This document shows positions 1-7,403 of a DNA stretch of 64,000 bases, in pieces (positions within the stretch are counted from its first letter, which is position 1; the number at the start of each line of letters is the position of its first letter). Source of the DNA: Candidatus Bathyarchaeia archaeon (GTDB lineage: Archaea > Thermoproteota > Bathyarchaeia > 40CM-2-53-6). The position numbers were made by a program, and so were the translations under genes. The notes beneath the pieces are model-generated. The model saw nothing but the letters and a program-made list of their open reading frames with translations. It was not told where the DNA came from and made no database searches. Location: NCBI GenBank assembly GCA_035935655.1, contig DASYWW010000012.1, positions 15,618 through 79,617 on the forward strand, given 5' to 3'.

Positions 1-237
1 ACAGTCGACAACGCCATTAGGGACAACCGCTTTTTCGGGCTAGTAATTCAGGACAGCAATAATACGGCTGTCAACAATCGAATCTCGGGGGGAAACGTCG
101 GCGTCGGAGTTGTAGCAGATTTTGCGAACAGCATTGGCACCCTAAGAGACAATACCATCACACTAACATCTGTTGCACCCACACAGGAAATTTCTTGTTG
201 CGGAGTTACAGCAAGAATCCTAATTATTGACAGCTAA
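1..237 (+). CDS. 3' fragment of a parallel beta-helix repeat protein (partial; start lies upstream of the window)
   Basis: Frame 1 is open from base 1 to TAA at 235-237. Translation TVDNAIRDNRFFGLVIQDSNNTAVNNRISGGNVGVGVVADFANSIGTLRDNTITL shows periodic N/D-x-I/V repeats typical of pectate-lyase-like beta-helix surface proteins. Absent from the ORF track because it has no start in the window. Confidence 0.4.
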   Translation, partial: TVDNAIRDNRFFGLVIQDSNNTAVNNRISGGNVGVGVVADFANSIGTLRDNTITLTSVAPTQEISCCGVTARILIIDS

Positions 238-563
238 CACAATTACGGCCTCAGGATAATCGGGTTTACCAAAGTGGGTTACTAAGGATCCGGGCTGATT
301 TTTGGCAATTACTCTCTCCAAACTGAGGGAAAAACTGCCTCCTCTCGGTCTTTGAATCAACCCGAGCTTTGGTGTTTCTCAATAGACGCACCTGTTCACT
401 TGGTTTGATTGTCAGGTTGGCGTCAATGTGTTTCTAGAGGAGTTCTGGGAACGGATCCACAGAGAAGACGGTTGGAAGGTAGCACCTAATGAATGGGTTT
501 CGCGTGACAAGAACGCTTATCTTTCCAAATAACGCATAGCAGGTTAGAACGAACATGAGCCAG

Positions 564-590
564 GAAAACCTGGCACATCAGGTTTCTTTT
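564..590 (+). terminator. Hairpin GAAAACCTG-gcacat-CAGGTTTC followed by TTTT; shares the AAACCTG/CAGGTTT core of the islet hairpin elements
   Basis: Perfect 8-bp inverted repeat with a 6-nt loop and a T4 tract, read directly from the sequence. Lies downstream of the partial beta-helix CDS. Confidence 0.3.
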
Positions 591-687
591 GAAGAGCCAC
601 CCGAACGTTCGGCCAGAAAATTCGGTTCCCGTTACTCTAGTTACCTGTCTGTGAATAGTCCGATAATCGGGTTACGCTACCGCCTAC

Positions 688-797
688 ACTTATGAGTAAG
701 AAGTGACTATGTTTCCGTTGAGATTGCTATGCAACGAAATGCATCTCGAAGTGACTATGGTTCCGTCGGAAATGCTATGCAACGAAATGCAACTTCG
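688..797 (+). repeat. Tandem 48-bp repeat, two units (702-749 and 750-797) plus a 14-nt leader ACTTATGAGTAAGA
   Basis: The units AGTGACTATGTTTCCGTTGAGATTGCTATGCAACGAAATGCATCTCGA and AGTGACTATGGTTCCGTCGGAAATGCTATGCAACGAAATGCAACTTCG are about 85% identical. A third copy with its leader occurs at 4748-4808. Each unit contains a GTTCC-n3-GGAAC palindrome. Confidence 0.8.
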
Positions 798-908
798 TCT
801 TCACCTAGGTTCTATCCAGGCGATAATCCTCGATCATCCGCCGACGACGAGCGATGAGTGTATAACTTATTATACTTGATATTATAAGTATTACCCGTTG
901 GATGGTCT

Positions 909-1184
909 ATGGGATCTAATGTCGTGATAAAGGACGTCGACGAAGCCGCCTACCGTAACTTGAAGGGGGAAGCGGTCAAGGCGGGATTGAAGATAGGAGA
1001 CGCGGCCTCGCAGGCGTTCAGGCTCTGGGTCCAAGAACGATCATTGGGCAGAGTCAAAGACTATGAGAAGATCCGAAAGGCATCAAAGGAAATAGACCAT
1101 CTCAGGGAAGAGATTGGCCGGGTGCCTGGGTTTGATAGTACGAAGGTTATCCGCGAGTGGAGAGATCGCCGAAGACCCTCATAG
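909..1184 (+). CDS. vapB: VapB-like antitoxin (small DNA-binding protein) of TA pair 1
   Basis: 91-aa ORF overlapping the downstream PIN gene by 28 nt. The N-terminus VVIKDVDEAAYRNLKGEAVKAGLKIGDAASQAFRLWV resembles RHH/antitoxin folds. Operon context with VapC. Confidence 0.5.
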   Translation: MGSNVVIKDVDEAAYRNLKGEAVKAGLKIGDAASQAFRLWVQERSLGRVKDYEKIRKASKEIDHLREEIGRVPGFDSTKVIREWRDRRRPS

Positions 1185-1612
1185 TCGACGCGTCCACCGC
1201 GACGGAATGGTTCGTAGAGGAGACTGACTCAGAAAAAGCGGACCTTCTGAAGAAGGCGCATGAGACTGGAAGACTGCAGATAGCCGCCCCAGACCTTCTA
1301 GTGTATGAAGTCTCGAACGCGCTCGTCTACCATCCCAGATTGACCACGGAGGATCTCGCCCAAAGCATTGTTAGACTCTTAGAACTTGACCTGGACCTCA
1401 TCCCGCCGAGAGCAGAATTCGCGGTCGAGACGGCTAAGATCGCCAGAAAGTACGCCGTGTCCGCATACGATGCGAGCTACATTGCCCTGGCGGATATCGT
1501 GGGCACTAACTGCGTCACCGCAGACGAGAAGCTCTACAGGAAACTGCACGGAAAGAAACCGCTCTTCCTCCTCAGCGGGCTGGGCCGCGAATGGAACTTG
1601 CCCAGGGAGTAG
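1157..1612 (+). CDS. vapC: PIN-domain ribonuclease VapC (toxin of pair 1)
   Basis: LIVDASTATEWF...D...YDASYIALA...VTAD acidic quartet pattern of PIN domains; about 150 aa; translationally coupled to the upstream small gene. Confidence 0.8.
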   Translation: MERSPKTLIVDASTATEWFVEETDSEKADLLKKAHETGRLQIAAPDLLVYEVSNALVYHPRLTTEDLAQSIVRLLELDLDLIPPRAEFAVETAKIARKYAVSAYDASYIALADIVGTNCVTADEKLYRKLHGKKPLFLLSGLGREWNLPRE

Positions 1613-1869
1613 GAGTCTTAGAGAAAGACAGGAGTTTCCGGAAAGAAGGCTCCCGTAGTGAGAGCTACCATGTTCGTGATTGGATTCGGAGTTAGTGGGG
1701 GTATCCCGCTAGAACCAATTACTTGTCTCTGCGAGCTACAAAGTTAAAAGGTTGCAAAGGCCTAACCCGTCGGCTTCACTCTTGCCCGCATTCACGGAGG
1801 TCATTCGGCCTTCCCGCTTATGCCGTGGCCTAAATCCTAATATGGGTGATTTGTCACTTGGGTACTTGA

Positions 1870-2136
1870 GTGACGTTGGCTCAGATCAAGATCGTAGCGG
1901 CGGATGATACTATTGACAAGTTCAAGCGGATAGTTTTGGCCAAGCATGGGAAGCTTGAGCTCAGTGCGGAGGGTGAGGAAGCCTTGAGTCTCTACATTAG
2001 GAAGTACGAAGGTCTCCTCGGAAGCATGGTTCCCCCCGACAAGGACCCGCTGAAAGGGATCTGTGGAATCGGAAAGTCCAGCACACGTCATAACGTGCTC
2101 AAGGACCTTGAGCGTCTAGAAGCAGGCGAACTTTGA
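1870..2136 (+). CDS. Putative antitoxin of TA pair 2
   Basis: 88-aa ORF whose stop overlaps the start of the following PIN gene (ATGA-type overlap at 2133-2136). No strong family motif. Confidence 0.45.
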   Translation: MTLAQIKIVAADDTIDKFKRIVLAKHGKLELSAEGEEALSLYIRKYEGLLGSMVPPDKDPLKGICGIGKSSTRHNVLKDLERLEAGEL

Positions 2137-2549
2137 TTTTCATAGATACAACCTTCTGGGTTGGAGACGCTGACACGAACGACGATTTCCACAGCTCGGC
2201 CCACACTGTCATCGAAGCGCTACGAACTGGAAGGACCCCGAGTGGACTGACGACAGACTTCGTCCTAGACGAGACGGTCACTATCTTGGGGAAGAGGAAA
2301 GGTTTCGGAGCAGACAAGGCTGCGAATGTCGCGAAGAGAATAATGACTTCACCAAGGGTCTTCACGGTATATGTCAACGAATCGATGATGAATGAATCGC
2401 TAAAACTCTTCCCAGAGCACAGAGGAAAGCTGAGTTTGACTGATGTGGCGTCCTTGATCGTGATGCGAAAGTACGACGTTAGAAGAATATTCTCTCACGA
2501 TCACGATTTCAACGGCCTGAAAGGTATCGAAAGAAGCGACTCTCTGTAA
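2133..2549 (+). CDS. vapC: PIN-domain ribonuclease VapC (toxin of pair 2)
   Basis: MIFIDTTFWVGDADTNDD...FVLDETVTIL...HDHDFNGL: PIN acidic residues in canonical spacing; 138 aa. Confidence 0.8.
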   Translation: MIFIDTTFWVGDADTNDDFHSSAHTVIEALRTGRTPSGLTTDFVLDETVTILGKRKGFGADKAANVAKRIMTSPRVFTVYVNESMMNESLKLFPEHRGKLSLTDVASLIVMRKYDVRRIFSHDHDFNGLKGIERSDSL

Positions 2550-2596
2550 TCCCTCAGTATGCCTGTCACAACACAAAGACCTAGCCCAATGTAAGG

Positions 2597-2644
2597 TTCA
2601 CGGGCAAACCTGTTGCCAAACGACAGGTTTGTAATACGACTACC
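2597..2644 (+). repeat. Cassette-associated hairpin element, copy A: TTCACGGGCAAACCTGT-n9-ACAGGTTTGTAATACGACTACC
   Basis: 9-bp inverted repeat CAAACCTGT (2605-2613) / ACAGGTTTG (2623-2631), 48 nt after the vapC-2 stop. Conserved flanks GGCAAACCTGT and GGTTTGTA are shared with copies B and C. Confidence 0.75.
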
Positions 2645-3045
2645 ACAGATGGTACGACCCATCAATCGGACGATTCATCAGCCAGGACCCTCTTACCAGC
2701 GATCCTTCGAATCCTCAGAGCCTCAATCCCTATACATATGCCGGTGACTCGCCCACTTCTGCTACTGACCCTAAAGGTCTCGCGACGGCAGGAATCTCCT
2801 CGAGTGTCTCTATAGGATCCTGTCCGTCCTTTTGGAGTAATCCTTAGGGGTCATTCTCATGCCAGCTCAGCCGTACTCCGACGCCAGTAGGAGATGTTAT
2901 CGCTGGCTACGACCTAGCCGTCTGGGGTCTCGCCGAATGCGAGCAGGAATGCGGCTACAGGTTTTACGAACTCGTCCGGGGACCTAGCTCCGGGGAATGA
3001 ATGCTTGTTTGGCTCTACACCCAATAACAGTATGGGGCCTAGAAG

Positions 3046-3255
3046 TTGGTTGTTACTATGGGCGACGATCAAGTGAAGACTGTTGTCGAGAAGCTTGAAG
3101 GTCTTAGATTGGAGCTTCTCAAGATTCGGTCAATGTTATTGACAGACGAGAATCCTTCACCTGAAGAAAGAGAAGAGATTGTCAAGGCTCGGGAAGAGAT
3201 TCGGAAAGGCGAGTCGTTGAGCCTCAAAGCTCTGCTTCAAGAGTTCGGAGAATAG
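3046..3255 (+). CDS. UPF0175-like putative antitoxin
   Basis: 69 aa; the C-terminal REEIRKGESLSLKALLQEFGE resembles the GxISLgkAAEllG tail of UPF0175/COG2886 antitoxin-like proteins. Upstream partner of the DUF2283 gene. Confidence 0.35.
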   Translation: MVVTMGDDQVKTVVEKLEGLRLELLKIRSMLLTDENPSPEEREEIVKAREEIRKGESLSLKALLQEFGE

Positions 3256-3346
3256 GCCCCGCCCCGTCGGGTCAGAAGCACATAATAACTTCCTACTTCA
3301 CATCTCATCCAAAGAAGATCAAGGGAGATGTCGTATCGCGAGCATA

Positions 3347-3532
3347 GTGCTGAAACCTGAGAAGCTCGATGTTGAGTATGACAAAGAGAACGACGTGCTC
3401 TATGTCTCCACTGGTAAGCCGCGAGAAGCGGATGATAGCGTCGAGCCACAGGAAGGAGTTGTCATCCGGACCAGAAAGGGGCAGCTCGTTGGGATCACGA
3501 TCATCGGACTGCACAGCCATCTATCCTCCTGA
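3347..3532 (+). CDS. DUF2283-family small protein (TA-associated)
   Basis: LDVEYDKENDVLYVSTGK...VIRTRKGQLVGITIIG matches the DUF2283 signature (YDxExDxLYI ... GxxVGIEI). Confidence 0.65.
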   Translation: MLKPEKLDVEYDKENDVLYVSTGKPREADDSVEPQEGVVIRTRKGQLVGITIIGLHSHLSS

Positions 3533-3693
3533 TGAAAATCCTACCGCTCGCTGATCTTCAGTAGAGTCTCCTAGGACCAGTTAGACGCACTTTCTGAAAT
3601 TTATCACCAAAAAATATCTTTATTTTCTTCTCTATGATCAGTGATTACACGATAAGACAGGGAGACGTAAACAGCAATAGAGAACCCACAGAT

Positions 3694-3739
3694 TTACGGG
3701 CAAACCTGTAAGTTAGGCGAGAGGTTTGTATTGACTACC
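3694..3739 (+). repeat. Cassette-associated hairpin element, copy B: TTTACGGGCAAACCTGT-n11-AGAGGTTTGTATTGACTACC
   Basis: Same conserved arms as copy A with one mismatch in the right arm; 162 nt after the DUF2283 stop. Confidence 0.7.
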
Positions 3740-3841
3740 GGTGCCACTATGATTCCGGCAACGGGACGGTTCGTTTGCAGTACTCCACTCAGCTCTAAGA
3801 GTCCATAATGGTTAAGTGCATGTATGCACATGCATAGGTGC

Positions 3842-4081
3842 ATGGGCACTAAGACAATATCGCTGGAGGATTCCGCCTACACGAGGTTGAAGGCAGCGAA
3901 GAGACCTGGGGAGAGTTTTTCCGATGCGGTAAATAGGGTGCTGGGCGCAAAAGAGCCCTCCTTCCTGGATTTTCGAGGTCTGCTTCACAGTAGTTCTGCT
4001 GACCGCCTTGCTCAAACGATCGCGCGTATGAAACAAGAGGACATAAGAGCGCAAAGGACGCGAGTCGCCCACAAGTCGTGA
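3842..4081 (+). CDS. vapB: VapB antitoxin (DUF217/VAPB_antitox-like) of TA pair 3
   Basis: From the ATG at 3842, MGTKTISLEDSAYTRLKAAKRPGESFSDAVNRVLG matches the archaeal VapB antitoxin family signature (TISLxDExYxRLKxxKxxxESFSDvI). The track ORF begins at 3824, but the upstream residues look spurious. Confidence 0.7.
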   Translation: MGTKTISLEDSAYTRLKAAKRPGESFSDAVNRVLGAKEPSFLDFRGLLHSSSADRLAQTIARMKQEDIRAQRTRVAHKS

Positions 4082-4085
4082 CCGC

Positions 4086-4487
4086 TTGGGCATCACCATA
4101 GACTCCAATTTCATAATACACCTTCTCCGCTCCGATCCCGCCGCTTTGGCCAAAGCAAAACAGATTGACGATAGTGGCCAGGCAAAGTTTCTAAGCACTC
4201 CTGTTCTTTACGAGATCTCTGCAGGTCTCATTTTCACTGGCTCCAGGACCGAGGCGAGTGCTTTTCGAGCGCTAGCGTCAAGGTTCGGCAGCCTGCCCTT
4301 CGATGAAGCCGCGGCTGTTAGGGCGGCTGAGATCAGAGCTGAACTATTGCGCTTAGGAAGAGCGAAGAGCCATGTGGACATAATGATCGCAGGAATCGCA
4401 CTCGAAGGCTCTCATGCGCTAGTCACTAGGGATCGTGATTTCGAGGAGATCGCCGAAACTTTAGGTCTAAATGTAGAGACTTATTGA
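4086..4487 (+). CDS. vapC: PIN-domain ribonuclease VapC (toxin of pair 3)
   Basis: TTG start at 4086; ITIDSNFIIHLL...D...YEISAG...VDIMIAGIALEGSHALVTRDRDFEEI: PIN residues; 133 aa; directly follows vapB. Confidence 0.8.
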   Translation: MGITIDSNFIIHLLRSDPAALAKAKQIDDSGQAKFLSTPVLYEISAGLIFTGSRTEASAFRALASRFGSLPFDEAAAVRAAEIRAELLRLGRAKSHVDIMIAGIALEGSHALVTRDRDFEEIAETLGLNVETY

Positions 4488-4548
4488 AAGCTCCACGTAT
4501 TCTCCCAGTCTGGCGCGGGTCGAGACAGCATAGGTTGAAACCTACATG

Positions 4549-4592
4549 TTTACAGGCAAACCTGTTAGCGAAACGACAGGTTTGTACTCTCC
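4549..4592 (+). repeat. Cassette-associated hairpin element, copy C: TTTACAGGCAAACCTGT-n10-ACAGGTTTGTACTCTCC
   Basis: Perfect 9-bp inverted repeat CAAACCTGT/ACAGGTTTG, 62 nt after the vapC-3 stop. Confidence 0.75.
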
Positions 4593-4747
4593 ATTCCGGT
4601 TGAGACACTTTACGCGACGATCTCGATTTCTTTGGCAGATGCTACCTGTTTGGCACCAAACTGGAAGGGCGAGAATTGACTAGGGAATTTCCGGAAAGAA
4701 GAAGAAGAAGAATGAAGATCAGCTTCTAATTGCGTTTACCGGCTAGA

Positions 4748-4808
4748 CTTATCAGTCAGAAGTGGCTATTGTTCCGTTGGAAACGCTATGCAACGAAATG
4801 CATCTCCA
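4748..4808 (+). repeat. Third copy of the 48-bp repeat plus leader (ACTTATCAGTCAGA-AGTGGCTATTGTTCCGTTGGAAACGCTATGCAACGAAATGCATCTCCA)
   Basis: Aligns with 688-749 at about 85% identity. Forms a direct repeat bracketing the TA islet. Confidence 0.8.
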
Positions 4809-5473
4809 CTGAAATCGGGCATAGCCCAGAGAATGCACAAGGTGCCATGATCGATGTTTGTGGAATCCACAATCTCCCCTTGGTTATCAATGGAATTCTC
4901 AGGAGAAAACAGAGGTAATTAGGTGGAAACCATCGGCGTCCTTTTTATCAGCAGCGGAAGCGATATTCGTATTGATACCTTATGGAAAGGAGCGAGACCA
5001 CGGTCTCCCAACCTCAAGGATCGCACGCAATCGAACCGCGGGACGCTTTTATTGAAGCCGTCCTCGCTAGCCGGATCCTGATAATTCTGATCCGGTAGTC
5101 CCAGCAGAATAAACTGAGCAAACTGCTTTCAGAGTCGAGCTGATTCCCAGTGGAACAAGAGGAACAACGATACCGCTTCGACTCGATTTTGCTTATGAAA
5201 ACATAGTTGGAAAAAAAGGCACACAGGACGCCACAAGAATTACTAGCGAATTCGCCCAAAATCAACCCTGATCTCGAATCCATCTCCCCACCCTAGATCT
5301 CGCCTGGAAGTCGTTCGCCGATAGTTAGAATAAATCCAGCAAACGCGTCCATCTAAGGCCGTGTTGCGCCTTGAATCGCATGTCTCGGGCGGAATCAGGG
5401 CCATGCAGGAAGTCTCCTAAGAGAAAGGGGGGTTATTAGCGATGGGGTCTCACGACGCAAGAGTGGTCGGGAG

Positions 5474-5824
5474 CTAGTCCGACCATTTCGAAGCCGAGAC
5501 TATCGGAATCAGGGTTTCCGTGTCGGTGACATCCCCGATTGCTTTGATACGATCAACTATGAACCAGTAGATGCTCTGAGCATCAGGCTCTAGAAGTTTT
5601 CTAGGAACCTCGACAACTGCCATAATGTCGTGCCTTCCCGGAATAACGTGAACCTCCTTGACCTCCGCAAGTTTGAACAGTGCGTCGGCGACCTTCGACT
5701 CTTTACCCAAGACTGCAGCCACATAGATGAAAGCACGAACATGTCTCTTCATTTCGCCCCTTGGATGATAATGAGCCTCAACCAATTTCAGATATCCCTG
5801 AAATCGCGCCTTTGGCAACTCCAT
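5474..5824 (-). CDS. Stand-alone Lrp/AsnC-type ligand-binding (RAM) domain protein; probable true start at the internal M (5752)
   Basis: HVRAFIYVAAVLGKE...VADALFKLAEVKEVHVIPGRHDIMAVVEV...IVDRIKAIGDVTDTETLI follows the RAM-domain pattern. There is no HTH N-terminal to it. Confidence 0.45.
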   Translation of the reverse strand: MELPKARFQGYLKLVEAHYHPRGEMKRHVRAFIYVAAVLGKESKVADALFKLAEVKEVHVIPGRHDIMAVVEVPRKLLEPDAQSIYWFIVDRIKAIGDVTDTETLIPIVSASKWSD

Positions 5825-5999
5825 ATAACCCCTTGGACAAAGGTCACATCAAGTCAGCGCTGAGCTAGATTCGTTAGTCGACATGCCGATAAAAGCGGGG
5901 TCGATGCAGTTACGAGCCGAGCCAGGGACCGGTATCGTAGAAATGATTAGGCTTCCTCTTAGAGACCGGTAACATAGGTTAGCCTAGCGAGAGCAAGTT

Positions 6000-7349
6000 T
6001 TGACCCTACCAGAGCAGAAATCTAGATTCTATGTCCCTAGCTCAATCAGACTGCTCCTTTCTCCGGGGGTCCGAGGACACACACTAATCTTCACCACACT
6101 CATGGCGTTCTTATTCGCAACCGCGTACGTTGGCGCGACGCTCGGCTTTGCACAAGCGTGGACGATCATCTTCATCGCGGGCGCAAGTACGACGGGAGTA
6201 TACCTGGTTCTCACCCCATTCGCTTTACTAGAAAAATTCAGAAGTCCAATTCTGTTCTCCAGAATGACCAGACGTGTCATCATACTCGTAATAGCATACG
6301 CGCCTATGATCGCCGGCATCGCGTACTGGATCCAACAGGCAGGATCTGTAGAAGCACTCCCAATATTCCCCGCGTTCATCATTATCTTCTACACGTGGAT
6401 TCTTCTTCAAGCCTACTTCATCGCCACACCTGTTTCCCAGCTCCTCGTCAAAGTAGAGAGAGGCCTAACGGGTGAAGGAAACGCGAGGAAGTTAATGAGG
6501 ACCCTCGGAATATCAACACTCTTCCTCCCCATCGCACCACTGACCTACGGAACATGGGCAATTTCAAACTGGCTAAGCGCGACCTACCGGAACGTTCAGG
6601 GCGCAACCGACAAGATAATCATCTGGACAATGATCGTGACGGTACTCCTCCTCGCAACCTACTTCTTCACCGCACTCTGGGGATGGAGGGTAATAGTACA
6701 GAAAAAACCACAAGCAGCGGTTTTCGCTGGCGGAACTTTTCTAGTTCTCTGGGGTTACCTACTATACCGAGCGACAACCATCGCGATCGGTTACATTACT
6801 CAAGACCAGCCATCAAATCCCCTTGCCGATAGCGGGTTGATGATAATATCTGTTATCGGCGCGATGCAGACGTTCGCAAGGAAGACGGCAAACCACCCCG
6901 ACAGACGTTTGAGCCGAATCCTACCCTTCTTAGTATTCGCCTTCGGCTCCGTCTACGCGGTCGCACAATTCTACTTTATCCTACGAGTACCAATAACCAG
7001 AATCGATCTCTCGATCATTGTTAACGCCACGGTATTCGCAGCTGGAATTTTCACAATGATGTTCCTTATACGAAGACATCTCGTGGCGGTAGAGTTGAAC
7101 GCTTACAAGGCCAAGATGGCCGGCCAAAACCCTAACGAGCCTTCCGGTGAGACCACGAGGCCCCATCGCTCATTATTCCGACTTCCGTGGAAGAAAGCGG
7201 CCGGAGCACCCGAACCCCAGCTGGAACAGCGGACAGATGAAACGCCTCAGAACGAATCAGTTCCCGAGCAGAATGAATCAGTTGCAGAGCCTGACGATAC
7301 AGTCGCCCAGCCAGCAGAAGAGGGTACAGACCCAGACCAGGATTACTAG
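6000..7349 (+). CDS. Polytopic membrane protein (about 10 predicted TM helices) with acidic repetitive C-terminal tail; function unknown
   Basis: Hydrophobic segments throughout; tail PQNESVPEQNESVAEPDDTVAQPAEEGTDPDQDY. Confidence 0.6.
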   Translation: MTLPEQKSRFYVPSSIRLLLSPGVRGHTLIFTTLMAFLFATAYVGATLGFAQAWTIIFIAGASTTGVYLVLTPFALLEKFRSPILFSRMTRRVIILVIAYAPMIAGIAYWIQQAGSVEALPIFPAFIIIFYTWILLQAYFIATPVSQLLVKVERGLTGEGNARKLMRTLGISTLFLPIAPLTYGTWAISNWLSATYRNVQGATDKIIIWTMIVTVLLLATYFFTALWGWRVIVQKKPQAAVFAGGTFLVLWGYLLYRATTIAIGYITQDQPSNPLADSGLMIISVIGAMQTFARKTANHPDRRLSRILPFLVFAFGSVYAVAQFYFILRVPITRIDLSIIVNATVFAAGIFTMMFLIRRHLVAVELNAYKAKMAGQNPNEPSGETTRPHRSLFRLPWKKAAGAPEPQLEQRTDETPQNESVPEQNESVAEPDDTVAQPAEEGTDPDQDY

Positions 7350-7403
7350 CTCTGGCTAAGCGATCGAAGCCTCTTTTTACCCGCGTGACTCAGTCGTTCT
7401 CGA

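Noticed and set aside
688-797. Possible CRISPR array (tandem 48-bp repeats)
   Set aside because: Only two contiguous units with no unique spacers between them, the third copy is 4 kb away, and no cas genes are present. This is a tandem or dispersed repeat, not CRISPR.
2597-4592. Calling the three hairpins canonical integron attC sites
   Set aside because: The elements are about 45 bp and lack the RYYYAAC / GTTRRRY core boxes, and no integrase is in the window. They are reported as a cassette-like pattern only.
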